Positions 13,101-33,616 of a stretch of DNA of 64,000 nucleotides are shown here, in pieces (position 1 is the first letter of the stretch; each line of letters opens with the position of its first letter). The translations under genes were made by a program, and so were the position numbers. The notes under the pieces are model-generated. The model was given only the letters and a program-made list of their open reading frames with translations. It was not told the DNA's origin and did no database searches. The stretch comes from Chrysomallon squamiferum (lineage: Eukaryota > Animalia > Mollusca), in contig CM022672.1 in NCBI GenBank assembly GCA_012295275.1, positions 1,674,001 through 1,738,000 on the forward strand, written 5' to 3'.

Positions 13101-15721
13101 AATTCTGCTATTCTGGAAACCCAATAAATGATCTAGTAACTGTATAATTTGTCAGTACCATAACTGCAAAGTAGCTTTGCCTCAGTGTTGTAACCATTTT
13201 ACATTTCATTCCTTTTTAAATAGATAAAATATGTGACAGAAACTCAGTAGACTCTAAGGGACTGTCCAAATAACATGCGCATGCATACACACACATGTCA
13301 TTGCACATACATTTACATGAGTGTGAACTGTCCAATATCTAAAATTGGTATTTATTCATCAAGAAATCATTTGACAAAACTAAACAACAATAGAGTTATT
13401 TCTTCAAACTATTTCATATTCAGATAATGGATTGTAGCCTTAACAATATTTATCTTTTTTTCATTTGTTTGCTTACAGGACCAGATGTGTGCACTAAAAA
13501 TGTTTTTGGAATCCGAGCTCTGATAGGGTGTTTGCCCGCCTGGTTCCGATTCGCACAGTGCTTGAGGCGATACCGCGACACCAAACTGGTTTTCCCTCAC
13601 GTGGTGAACGCAGGAAAATACTCAACAACCTTCTTTGTGATGCTCTTTTCCACACTGTTTAAAATACAGGGTGGTAAGTAACAGCGCAGTTCAGTTTTAA
13701 AAAATAAATATGATAAGTAAATGTTCATTTTTAATTTTTGAAAAATATACACATTTATTGAAAAGAAATCAAATATATTTTGTTATTACTGTAATTTTTA
13801 TTTTTTATTTTATTTTATTTGTGTTTCTTATTATTAATTCATCGAATTGGTGTCATTAAATCATCTATCTAATTTTAGTTTCGGTAAATAAGTGTATTTT
13901 TATTTTAATTTTAATTTTTTTGTTTAATTTTTTTTAGAGTTATATGGAACAGGTACTAGCTGGCAAGAAAAAGTGTTTTTTTACCTCTGGATAGTTTCAG
14001 CAATTGCCAGTTCATGTTATACATACACATGGGACATAAAGATGGATTGGGGCTTGTTTGACAAAAATGCAGGAGAGAATCGATTTCTTCGTGAAGAAAT
14101 AGTTTATGCTTTTAAGGTATGATCATTTTTCATTGAATATTCAGTATTTGTGTGTGAGTATATGTATGTATGTGTATATATATGTGTGTGTGTGTATATA
14201 TATATAAAAATACATATGTGTGTGTGTTTTTGTGTGTGCCACGGACAGGGTTTTTTTGTTTTTTTTCCTAATGCTTTCTTCTTATTTTTCTCAAAAACAG
14301 ATGCATATGTGTGTGTCTGTATGTATGTGTGACAGTGGGTTAGTGACAAAAAACAATTATAATCCTTTATTTTTTCTAAGATTTAAATTCTTATTTATTT
14401 ACTTATTTGTTTTGCAGGCCTACTATTACTTTGCAATAATAGAAGATTTTATACTGAGATTTACCTGGTCACTGTCAGTGTCAATTGGACAGGGTCTGCT
14501 GTTTCATAATGAACTGCTGACAACACTGCTGTCTTGTTTAGAAGTGTTCAGGTTAGTGTTACATTCCAAACCACTATTCATTCAAACTCACATTGTCTGT
14601 GATGTAAACATTAAATGTAATGGGGTAGTAGGTTGACTTAAGCAAATTTGGTGTATATCAGTGCATTTTATAACATATGAAAGTCCTGTGTGTTATTTTA
14701 AAAAAAAATTGTTTTATTTTTTGAAACGTTTTAGGTTTTGATAAAAAAAAAAAAGTTAGTATATATTAGTGGACTGGATAAACAATGTTTCTAATGCATG
14801 TAAAGTACACATTTGTTACTGTGAAGATCAAAAGTGTTTGTTTTATTAATGTATTAAAGAATTCTACTGAAATGTAGTTTAGCACTTTATGAAATAGATC
14901 ATGGCACAGTGTTACCAGATGACAAAAATACCATAGGTCTTATCAACAGGATCCAGTTCTTTACTTTATCAGACTTACCTGGTATGTCACACTGAATAAA
15001 TAACAGCTGCATACATTTGACTAAATGTCCAACATATTCTTTAGACATGATGACAGCCACCACTTCAAACACTACATGCATCAATTATCAGAACTGTGGT
15101 ACACTAAATAGAGTTCATCATTTCTTCCAGCCTTGATATTTCACAGTAATTTTTATCTTAACTTTACACGAGCATTTTTCACATCACAGAAGAACTGGTC
15201 TTTTTGATCTGATTTAGAAGTTTAAACTGTACTCTGTGTTTTATGCTTTGTTTTTGTTTTTTCCTCTGCTTTGCCACAGGAGGTTCATTTGGAACTTCTT
15301 CCGACTGGAGAATGAACACCTTGAACAACTGTGGTCAGTTCCGAGCTGTTAGAGATATTTCTATAGGTCCCATGGATTCCAACGATGAGGCTCGAATAAT
15401 TGAACTGATGGATGAGCCAAGTGATGTTGACTCCAGACATATTCAGATTCAAGACAAATACCGAAGTAACAGGTAAGTGTCTGCATAATTAAAATTAGCT
15501 TCTGGGACAATTCTTAGTTTTGTTTTTGTGGTTGTTTTGGTGGTTTTTTATTTTTGTATAATTGTTATTTTGTTTTTGTTTTTTGTTATGACACTAATTA
15601 TATAATTTAATATAAAGTTTTATTACTTCCTTTACTCCTTTCCAGGAAAGACACACGTCTGTGGATTGAAGGAGATGAGGAGAAGGAGCCACTGATGAAA
15701 AACAAAGTGAAAGGATTATAG
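5288..15721 (+). CDS. XPR1: XPR1 (SLC53A1) SPX-EXS phosphate exporter, 15 coding exons; ~689 aa if the single extra base in exon 14 is removed
   Basis: SPX motifs [21 protein letters not shown] and [38 protein letters not shown] motifs [35 protein letters not shown] and [33 protein letters not shown] exons in continuous frame: 5288-5356, 5772-5823, 6216-6317, 6513-6793, 7133-7234, 7628-7708, 8445-8523, 10885-11084, 11732-11911, 12361-12508, 13479-13673, 13938-14116, 14418-14551, 15280-15472 (193 nt, one base too many) and 15646-15721 (TAG). Confidence 0.97.
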
Positions 15722-16689
15722 TCCATGGAGAGAAACATTTAGGTCACTAGTCATGATCCAAGTACAAGAGTACTGCAGTCATGTGATCAGTACATATCAT
15801 TAACCAGACTTTAAGTCATCTACGCAGAGCTTGTGTGCATCAGTATCAGTTAACAGACAGTCAGCTTATTCAGACAGAGATCTTAAGTGACAGCATGGTC
15901 AGAATTCATTTTGTCTTCATTTCTTTTCGAATCTTCTTAAGTGAAAAATAAATGATTTTAAAAATAATAGTAATAGAAATTCTACCAACATCTAATTTTT
16001 AAATTAATAACTGAAATGTGAAATTGTTTTAACCATTTTATTCATTGTATGAACACATTTGTTCACATTAAACAGCAACAAATATTTAATATAATTGAAT
16101 GTGAACAGTGACTCAAACACTTGGCTTCAGTATTTTTTTCTTTTCTTGTTTTCTGAATATACTTCCAAAGTTACTTGAGATTTTTAATGTTCTTAATAAG
16201 TTGATTCATACTAGCTGAAGTCTGGAACCAAAGCACAAAATATTCTTTTTTTTAATTTTATAAACAGAGCCTTGACTGTAATAAATTATGTACATATGAA
16301 TTTATATATTTACACTGCCATTGCTTCTTTGATCAGTTAGAATATAAATTCTGTTTTTAGTGCTGTAAGAAAATGTTTTAAATAATTTTTGAATGATTAT
16401 CATGACTTCAATTTTGTATGAAATGACATCACAAGTGGCAAGTGTCAGCCTCTGTAATTGATTTTTTAATAGTGGTTCTTTATTATTAGCAAAGATTAGT
16501 TGTTAAATAAAAAATAGGAGGGGAAGAATATAAAGTATACTGAGGATGTTTGTTCATACTACCTAAGAGCTAGACTGTGAGTCAATCAAACATTTAAATG
16601 ACATTACAATGTATTTTAAAGCACTTACATCAACTACATTAAATTTAAATATTTTAATTTATTTTAATTTTTATATAAACCAAATTAAT

Positions 16690-16725
<36 letters not shown>

Positions 16726-17419
16726 TATATATATATATATATTTTTTTTTTTTTTATTGTATTTTTTTTACCATAGCATTAATATATTTTGAAGAAAAAC
16801 AATTTTGTTTGTTTTGATTTTCTTGCAAACTACTCAAAATGAATAGTCAGAAGTTTTAAACACATTTCAGTTTTACATGAAAGTTTTATATAAGATTTGA
16901 TCCTTGTAAGACCAAAAATTGTTTTAAAAGTTTCTAAAGCAAACATCAGGTATTGATGAATTACACATTTTTGCAATGGGGATTGTTGCTTGTTTTCAGA
17001 TTATCGGTAAAAGCATTTCAAAATATTTTAATGCTAAAGCACTTCCTAACCTGCCAAGCAAAGAACATAAAAACCATTATTGTCATATAAATTAGTTAAT
17101 TTTTATTTTAGATGTGTGGATTACCAAAAATCATTTAATTCATGTCTTTCTTACATGAAAAAAGTCTTGACAGAGTATTATGTTATACTATTCATATTTG
17201 TCAATACTTCTAGACTCCCAAGATTTTTTTTTTTTTTGATGATTTCAAAAATGTGCTATAATCATTCTTGTCTTAAAAACATTAGTTAATTTATCATAGC
17301 AGCATTGAAATGGAGAATTTTAATATGTAGCTAAAATAACTCAAGAAAATGTTTGATTAAATATCACTGTTTGACCAGTTGGACATATGTTACAAAGTAT
17401 AAGACAGATAAAGTAAAAG

Positions 17420-17610
17420 TTAGTAAAAGAATTTAATTTGTTACAAGTCAGTAACAGACTTTAATTTGTTATAGGATAAATCAGATACAGAAGAATTTAG
17501 TTTGTTACAGGAGAACTCAATAACAGTAAAATTTAGTTTGTTACAGAATGTTACCAAAGAATTTAGTTTGTTAGAGGATAAGTCAATAAGAAAATTTAGT
17601 TTGTTACAAA
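17420..17610 (+). repeat. Degenerate ~30-35-bp tandem repeat downstream of the XPR1 stop codon
   Basis: Core AGAATTTAGTTTGTTACA recurs about 6 times; a shorter version lies at ~31665-31755. Confidence 0.65.
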
Positions 17611-18674
17611 TATTAAATATTACACTAATAGTACAAGTGTATGTCTGTATGTGCGAGTGTGTGTGTGTGTGTTTTACAGATTAGCATTTTATATTTTAAT
17701 GTGCAGTATAAACTGCATGGTAAAAAATTATAAAAGATTTAAGAGGGGGACCAAATAAACAAATTTTAATTTTTAAACTGTATATAATTATAATAAATGC
17801 AGGCATTTATGTAACTAATCTAAAGGAATTTTAATCTTGAAATGAATAATTATATTTTTAATGTACTTTATGATCATCTTTTTAATTGCTTTATATATGG
17901 GTTATTTTTTCTTTAATTAATTAAAATATTTGTATATTATATATTTATACATATATATATATATATATATCTTGCATAACATGAATGTAATTATGTTTTA
18001 ATAAATATTTTAACAGAGTTTAACTTTAATTTTTTATTATTGTTACTATTTTATTTCGTTGTTGTAGATGCAATATATTTGATAAATTGAATGAATATAT
18101 ATATATATATATATATATTTATGGTAAACAAGTGATTACTGTCTTAAGCTATCATCTGTACTCAGAGAAGGTTAAATGGTAAATGCAGTGAGTTGCTGAT
18201 ATAAAGCTGGTATCTTAAATTACTGGATACTTCTTTTATTCTGCAATCCTAAATAATATATTTTTGATATGACTCTTTATTTCTCAACTCATGCTCTAGA
18301 GAGTGGTGCATTTCATATATAATGATTTATTTTTTGCCTACAAAAACCATGCCTCAAAACAAAATAGTCCTCAAATAACAATTTATTTGTTATTTTTTAA
18401 AATGAAAACTGTTTTCAAAAAGTTCTTTTAAGATCGAACCCAGCAACTAAACACTAAAAAGATAATTTTGAACACTATATATATATAGATACATAGATAG
18501 ATTCACATACGTACTTACACATATACACATATATACTCACATATTTATACACAAATACACACACAGTAACAAAGTAATTTATCAGTCACTGATAAGAGAG
18601 AAATTTATCTTCTCACTATCTATAGTGATTGCAGGATAACTGTGTGCGTGTGTGTGTCCATGGTCTATGTATTT

Positions 18675-18810
18675 ACTGGGCTGTTTCTATTCAAGCCTGT
18701 TCCCCAAGTTCAGGTATTGGGCATATCATGTCTTTCCAGTCCACAGAAAACTTGCTTATTCAAAAAGAGTAGCCATAGTTTTACATAGCTGGATTTCTGT
18801 CTTTGACCAG
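18675..18810 (+). mobile_element. Degraded SINE-like fragment (duplicated at ~32445-32555)
   Basis: TGGGCTGTTTCTATTCAAGC...AAAAAGAGTAGCC...CTGGATTTCT. The reverse-complement-like motif CTGGAACTGGAAATAGCC occurs at ~50385 and a similar one at ~59227. Confidence 0.3.
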
Positions 18811-19940
18811 TTGAAACAATAAAACTAATTTTAAAATATGATGTAGTTGTTTTTACAATTACATTCATCAATATATTTAATAAACAACATAAAATTTAAA
18901 TATTTTAAAAATAACATTTTATTTACGTAGAAATACACATCATACATTGCTAAAATGCAGGAGGATGACAGAATCTGGTTATGTCACTAGAGAAATTAAT
19001 GTTTAATTCATAAAAAAAAGTATATTATAATTATTTATATATATATATAGTGGCAGTTTAAATGTTTTGGAAATGAAATGAGTTTCATTATAAAGCAAAA
19101 AGCATCAGGCAGTGTTAGGGGTAGTCATTATTATTTTTTTTTTTAAAGAGAGTACTGATTGTTTATTTCATATAATTATTATTAGTAGTAGTAGTAGTAT
19201 TATCATTTCTACTACTACTACTACTATTACTACTATCTTGACACTCAAATAAACATTTGTAAATAAAATACAGCTATACAGCCAGTATGTCATGTCGTTT
19301 GAAATTGCTTTCTTGTTTTTCGCTGAAACATGATTATATGATAAAAGAAAATGAATGATTCAGCATTAAATGAATTTCTAAGAAAATTCTTTTTAATATT
19401 CTTTATGATAATCATGACAAACCAATTAAACTGAGTCTATGATAAAATAAATTTTAAAAATTAAGAAGTGGAACATTATCTGTTGCGAAAAAAGAAACCA
19501 ACACAACAATGATTATGTCTATCTTACTATCTGAGTTATCATTCCTACAGGAACAATTCAAAGTTTTCTACATCTAGTTGTTGTGTAAGACTGTTCCATT
19601 ATAAATAAAATTAAGGTGACTGAAACATAAGTGGCCAGCCACATTTATTGACTGATACAATTATAATCGTTTGACTTCTTCATGAAAACTAGGAAATAAT
19701 TATACTAATTATATTATGGTGTAGATAGATACATAAAAAGACAGACTGGCAGGTAAAATAGACTATCAGTTCATTTTGATACATAATCATTCAGCTGTAT
19801 ATAAGACCTCATTCTGAGAAAGCAGTTATAATAAAGCAGTTATAATACTTAAATGAAGCAAATATGTCAGTAACGTATTATTTGAGCACATCCGTATTGC
19901 AATTTTTATTTTCCAAGATGTCTGTTTGAACCTTCTTCTA

Positions 19941-26045
<6,105 letters not shown>

Positions 26046-26290
26046 GTTTTAAGTTAGAAAGTGTTCTGCTTACCACGACGAACGACACGAAAGGGGTGTA
26101 TGCTCTTATCTGCGCATCCGGGTACAAACCGTTAATAACTGTAGTGGTGATAACGTTTAACTGATATGATGGTGTATAATCAGAAACAGTGTAGGTCTTT
26201 CCGTTTTCCCACAAGTATAACTCTTAATTTAATCATTTTGTTTCTTTGTATTTTGTACGCTTGTAAACTGATATTTTAATATAGGTTTGA

Positions 26291-26355
<65 letters not shown>

Positions 26356-26693
26356 ACACATACACACACACACACAGTCAGACAATAACATATACGCGCA
26401 CATATACATATTCTATATTCTTGGTAGTATTAGTATTAGTAGTATTAGAGGTAGTAGTAGTAATAGTACTAGTAGTAGTAGTAGTAATAACAACAACATC
26501 AACATTAATAATAATAATAATAATCATATTAGTAGTAGTAGTAGTAGTAGTAATAACAACAACATTAATAATAATAATAATAATAATAATCATATTAGTA
26601 GTAGTAGTAGTAGTAGTAGTAATGGAGACGATTTATTTACGAGTCAGTATAATCAGTTTTGTGTATTTGTTACGTTTTGCCTAGGTTTATATA

Positions 26694-26726
<33 letters not shown>

Positions 26727-28771
26727 TGTTTTGTTGTTTAAACGCGGCTGTTACTGTCTAATTAGCTAGTCCTGTGTTAAACAGATTGCTCGTATCATCA
26801 ATCGGCGACACGATTCGATCTTGCACCTAGCTGTTTATGATTTGTTCCATATTTCCAGCACCACGAAAATAAAATATTGAAGTTCGAACGAACAAAAAAC
26901 GTAATTATAAACTAAGATTTTCGTTAATCAGTTTTTGCTTTATTTTATAGGCTTTGTTTTGTTGTTGTTGTTGTTTTTGTTGTTGTTGTTTTTTGTTGTT
27001 GTTGTTGTTTTTATAAATTTCCTTATGTATAATTATTTATTGCATTATAATAGATGGACGGGATAAAAGCGACTAAAGCGAAATACAGAAAGTATCATTC
27101 TTTGGAGTTCAGCAACATACGTTTATTTGCATAAATAATGTGTTAGTTCATGGCTACATTAGTGATACCGCAATTAAACAAATGTTCACAGCTTGTGTTT
27201 ACTGTTGGTTTCCTAGAATGCAGAAGACATCATTATAAATGTAACTGATAATGACTAATTTACTGAGTCCATTATATAACTGCTAAACATTTCAGAACAA
27301 AGAAGAGTTTGACGTTATTCCCATAACACCATGTTGACATCCGACTTTTTTTATCTTTCAGATAATAATTACAAGTCTTCAAAATAATTATTTTATTGTT
27401 TATAAAGTCTGAACCTGTTTACTGTTGGGCAAAAACGGAAGTTAGGGGGCGCAATTCACTTGCCTTAGCCCTGGCTCTGGCATCCAACGCTAGTCGTATG
27501 TTATGTTGAGTCTTGAAACACTGAGTCAACCACTGGCTTAATCACAGATTATCATTCTGTTGATTACTAACATATATCACTGGTATACATAATTTTCTGA
27601 ACCCCGTCATATATAACAGAATAAATCCTTGCTCAGAAGTGACACTGTATACGTTTCGAGCATGAGTAAAACTACGATTGGTGAAAATAAATGTAAGCAA
27701 TTCCCTGTCATTGCATGATCTTTTTATGGTCAGTTGAAATATTGTTGTATTTTCGGCTACTCTGAAGACTAGCTGACAGTGACATATATAATGTCTAGTG
27801 GGACATGTGATGAGTGCCACTAAGCTTTTTATCTAAAAGTAGACCAGTTTTATGGTAAAGTTATCTGAAAGATGGGTGTCAAAACAATTCATTTGTCTTT
27901 GTGTTTAATAGGCAAAAACTTTGTAATGACCCATTTTAAAGAGAGGAATTGAGAAGACTAAAACAAAAACGGCTGAACATTTAATTACAGACTTTTTACA
28001 TGTTGAGTTGCACCAATACTGTAATAACAAAATGTTAACTTTAAAATGAAAAACACAGCACTGAGGACACCAGTTTATTATAATGATTTAGTAACACAAG
28101 TCTCCACTAACGTGAAAAAGACTGCTCCACAAATAAAGGTAGTTGAGTAGAAAGACTACTTACAGACACTCAGGGTGTGTCTAGCATTTCAGATGTAAGG
28201 AAAACAGAAGCCATGTTACTCTAACAAGCAGTAATAGAGAATAATGTTACACAATAACTGAACTGAAATTCATTTGAGTCCCACTGTTTAGCCTTTCCAG
28301 TTTCCAGAGAAATCTAGCTCTGAATCTGACTGTTGAGCATCCCACTATCATATATCTCTGCACGCAATATTAACAGAGTCAGACAGAGCCAAAAGACAAC
28401 AGTCAAATAATGCTACTGTCAAGATGTGACACAACTACAGGTAAGCAAGATACTGATGTAAAACCTACAAGAAAACTATGCACCAATATCTGAATCTGTC
28501 AAAGCCATCAGCAACTAGAATTGCCTGTAGCATTGTTAGCTGCAGACATAGGTAATAGGCAAATGCATTGAAGCAGCCAATATTTTAGGGTGCCAAAAGC
28601 CGAATGTCGCACAACATAATTATCTTAAGTAATAAAATCCTAATGCTTTCTTATTTTTCTCAAAAACAGATGCATATGTGTGTGTCTGTCTGCATGTGTG
28701 ATAAAAACAATTATAATCCTTTATTTTTTCTAAGATTTAAATTCTTATTTATTTATTTATTTGTTTTACAG

Positions 28772-29740
28772 GCCTACTATTACTTTGCAATAATAGAAGA
28801 TTTTATACTGAGATTTACCTGGTCACTGTCGGTGTCAATTGGACAGGGTCTGCTGTTTCATAATGAACTGCTGACAACACTGCTGTCTTGTTTAGAAGTG
28901 TTCAGGTTAGTGTTACATTCCAAACCACATTGTCTGTGATGTAAACATTAAATGTAATGGGGTAGTAGGTTGACTTAAGCAAATTTGGTGTATATCAGTG
29001 CATTTTATAACATATGAAAGTCCTGTGTGTTATTCTTAAAATAAAAAGTGTTTCATTTTTTGAAACGTTTTAGGTTTTGATAAAAAAAAAAAGTTAGTAT
29101 ATATTAGTGGACTGGATAAACAATGTTTCAAATGCATGTAAAGTACACATTTGTTACTGTGAAGATCAAAAGTGTTTGTTTTATTAATGTATTAAAGAAT
29201 TCTACTGAAATGTAGTTTAATACTTTATGAAATAGAGAGATCATGGCACAGTGTTACCAGATGACAAAAATAACATAGGTCTTATCAACAGGATCCAGTT
29301 CTTTACTTTATCAGACTTACCTGGTATGTCACACGGAATAAATAACAGCTGCATACATTTGACTAAATGTCCAACATATTCTTTAGACATGATGACAGCA
29401 ACCACTTCAAACACTACATGCATCAATTAGCAGAACTGTGGTACACTAAATAGAGTTCATCATTTCTTCCAGCCTTGATATTTCACAGTAATTTTATCTT
29501 AATTTAAAGGTTAAAGCTTCTGGGACAATTCTTAGTTTTGTTTTTGTGGTTGTTTTGGTAGTTTTTTATTTTTGTATAATTGTTATTTTGTGTTTGTTTT
29601 TTGCTATGACACATAGTTATATAATTTAATATAAAGTTTTATTACTTCCTTTACTCCTTTCCAGGAAAGACACATGTCTGTGGATTGAAGGAGATGAGGA
29701 GAAGGAGCCACTGATGAAAAACAAAGTGAAAGGATTATAG
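28772..29740 (+). pseudogene. XPR1: Partial 3' duplicate of XPR1: exon 13 copy (28772-28905) and terminal exon copy (29665-29740); exon 14 deleted
   Basis: Encodes [22 protein letters not shown] and [18 protein letters not shown] with intact splice sites. Sequence equivalent to ~15162-15496 is missing at ~29500-29515. There is no 5' part of the gene and no promoter. Confidence 0.9.
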
Positions 29741-30771
29741 TCCATGGAGATAAACATTTAGGTCACTAGTCATGATCCAAGTACAAGAGTACTGCAGTCA
29801 TGTGATCAGTACATATCATTAACCAGACTTTATGTCATCTACGCAGAGCTTCTGTGCATCAGTATCAGTTAACAGACAGTCAGCTTATTCAGACAGAGAT
29901 CTTAAGTGACAGCATGGTCAGAATTCATTACTTTTCGAATCTTCTTAAGTGAAAAATAAATAATTTTAAAAATAATAGTAATAGAAATTCTGCCAGCATC
30001 TAATTTTTAAATTAATAAATGAAATGTTAATTTTTTTTTTAACCATTTTATTAATTGTATGAACGCATTTGTTCACATTAAACAGCAACAAGTATTTAAT
30101 ATAATTGAATCTGAACAGTGACTCAGACACTTGGCTTCAGTATTCTGTTCAAAGTTTTTTTGGGGTTTTTTTTTTTTTTTTCTTTTCTTTTCTTTTTTTC
30201 TGAATATACTTCTAGAGTTACTTAAGATTTTTTATGTTCTTAATAAGTTGATTCATACTAGCTGAAGTCTGGAACCAAAGCACAAAATATTCTTTTTTTT
30301 AATTTTATAAACAGAGCCTTGACTGTAATAAATTATGTACATATGAATTTATATATTTACACTGCCATTGCTTCTGTGATCAGTTAGAATATAAATTCTG
30401 TTTTTAGTGCTGTAAGAAAATGTTTTAAATAATTTTTGAATGATTATCATGACTTCAATTCTGTATGAAATGACATCACAAATGGCAAGTGTCAGCCTCT
30501 GTAATTGATTTTTTAATAGTGGTTCTTTATTATTAGCAAAGATTAGTTGTTAAATAAAAAAAATAAAAGCAAGGGGAAGAATATAAAGCATACTGAGGAT
30601 GTTTGTTCATACTACCTAAGAGCTGGACTGTGAGTCAATCAAACATTTAAATGATATTACAATGTACTTTAAAGCACTTATATCAACTACATTAAGTTTA
30701 TCTATTTTAATTTATTTTAATTTTTATATAAACGAAATTAATCTTTTTTCTTTTTTTTTTTTTTTTTTATA

Positions 30772-30805
<34 letters not shown>

Positions 30806-32226
30806 TTTTTTTACCATATCATTAATATATTGGAAGAAAAATGAGGGTTTTTTTTTTGTTTGTTTGTTTTGATTTTCTTGGAAACTACTCAAAAAGAATA
30901 TTCAGAAGTTTTAAACACATTTCAGTTTTACATCAAAGTTTTATATTAGATTTGATCCTTGTAAGACCAAAAATTGTTTTAAAAGTTTCTAAAGCAAACA
31001 TCAGGTATTGATGAATTACACATTTTTGTAATGGGAAATTGTTGCTTGTTTTCAGATTATCGGTAAAAGCATTTCAAAATATTTTAATGCTAAAGCACTT
31101 CCTAACCTCCTAAGCAAAGAACATAAAAACCATTATTGTCTTATAAATTAGTTAATTTTTGTTTTTAGATATGTGGATTACCAAAAATCATTTAATTCAG
31201 GTCTTTCTTATGTGAAAAAAGTCTTGACAAAGTATTATGTTATACTATTCATATTTGTCAATACTTTTAGACTCCCAAGATTTTTGTTTTCTTTGACAAT
31301 TTTAAAAATGTGCTATAATCATTCATGTCTCAAAAACTTTACTTAATTTATCATAGCAGTATTTATGTTTGGAAACATTCTCCAATTCTGCTGTATGAAT
31401 ATACTAATCTTATATTTTGTGTGTGTTTGTATGTGTGTGAAATTTTAAATTCACCAAGTTGTCTGTAAAACAGAAAAATTAGAGTGATAAATTGAAAACC
31501 AAAAACTCAAAAAAAAAAAGAAGAATATTACTCAACCAGTGAAGGACAGAATGAAATGGAGAATTTTAATATGTAGCTAAAATAACTCAATAAAATATTT
31601 GATTAAATATCACTGTTTGACCAGTTTGATATATGTTACAGATGGTAAGATAGATAAAGGGAAAGTTAGTAACAGAATTTAGTTTGTTACAGGAAAAGTC
31701 AGTAACAGAATTTAATTTGTTATAGAATAAATCAGATATAGAAGAATTTAGTTGCATAACGTGAATGTAATTATGTTTTAATAAATATTTTAACAGAGTT
31801 TAACTTTAATTTTTTATTATTGTTAGTATTTTGTTTCATTGTTGTAGATACAATATATTTGATAAATTGAATGAATATATATATATATATTTATGGTAAA
31901 CAAGTGATTACTGTCTTAAGCTATCATCTGTACTCAGAGAATGTTAAATGGTAAATGCAGTGAGTTGCTGATATAAAGCTGGTATCTTAAATTACTGGAT
32001 ACTTCTTTTATTCTGCAATTCTAAATAATATATTTTTGATATGACTCTTTATTTCTCAATTCATGCTCTAGAGAGTGGTGCATTTCATATATAATGATTT
32101 ATGCATCAAAACAAAATAGTCCTTAAATAACAACAATTGATTTGTTATTTTTTAAAATGAAAAGTGTTTTCAAAAAGTTCTTTTAAGATTGAACCCAGCA
32201 ATTAAACACTAAAAAGAACTTTGAAC

Positions 32227-32276
<50 letters not shown>

Positions 32277-32388
32277 CACACATATACATACACAAATACA
32301 TACACAGACACATACACACACAAAGTAATTTGTCAGTGCGATAAGATAGAAATTTATCTTGTTACTATTTAAAGTGATTTCAGGATAA

Positions 32389-32432
<44 letters not shown>

Positions 32433-33616
32433 ATGGTCTATGTATTTACTGAGCTGTTTCTATTCAAGCCTGTTCCCCAAGTTCAGGTATTGGGCATATC
32501 ATGTCTTTCCAGTCCACAGAAAACTTGCTTATTCAAAAAGATTTCTGTCTTTGATCAGTTAAACTAATAAAAGTAAATTAAAAATATGCTGTAGATATCT
32601 TTACACTTACATTCATCAATAAATTTAATAAACAACATAAAATTTTAATATTTTAAAAATAACCTATTTTATTTACATATAATAGAAATACACATCATAT
32701 ATTACTAAAATGCAGGAGGATGACAGAATCTGGTTATGTCACTAGAGAAATTAACGTTTAATTCAGAAAAGAAAAGTATATTTTTATATATATATAGAGG
32801 TTTAACTATTTCGGAAATGAAAAGAGTTTTATTGTAAAGCAAAAAGCATCAGGTAATGTTGGTTGTAGTCACAATTTTAATTATTTTATTTTTTTTATTT
32901 TTTTTTGAAGAGAAAATTCTTTAAAATATTCTTTATGATAATCATGACAAACCAATTAAACTGAGTCTAAGATAAAATAAATTTTAAAAATTAATAAGTG
33001 AAAAAATATCTGTTGCAAAAAAAGAAACCAAACATACAATGATTATGTCTATCTTACTATCTGAGTTATCATTCCTACAGGAACAATTCAAAGTTTTCTA
33101 CATCTGGTTGTTGTGTAAGACTGTTTCATTATAAATAAAATTAAGGTTCAGGAAACATAAATGGCCAGCGACATTTATTGACTGATACAGTTATAATCAT
33201 TTGATTTCTTCATGAAAAATAGGACATAATTATACTTTCTCTTTTTTTTTACATATAAAAATAAATATTTAAACTTCTGTTTTGATTAAAACAGGACATC
33301 CATTTTAAAGTGCTATGTTAACATATATGAAAAGTGTTTGTCAAGAAAAATAGGATATGTTTGAATGTTCTGTTATCATAGATCTGAAAACTGACTTATT
33401 CATTTTATGGTGTAGATAGATACATATACAGTTAGACAGGCACATAAAATAGACTATATCTGTTCATTTTGATGCATAGTCATTCAGGTATATCTAAGAC
33501 CTCATTCTGAGAAAGCAGTTATAATACTTAAATGAAGCAAATATGTCTGTAACGTATTATTTGAGCACATCTGTCCTGCAATTTTTATTTTCCAACATGT
33601 CTATTTGAACCTTCTT

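Noticed and set aside
14970-14985. ACTTACCTGG resembling the 5' end of U1 snRNA
   Set aside because: The match ends after ~10 nt with no U1 stem-loops or Sm site; it is simply the complement of a donor consensus.
26351-26725. Low-complexity ORFs (poly-S/N/V/I/T/Y) here and at 3392, 10020, 41240, 52683 and 59687
   Set aside because: They are translations of TAG/TAA/TTA/CTT microsatellites with no splice or homology support.
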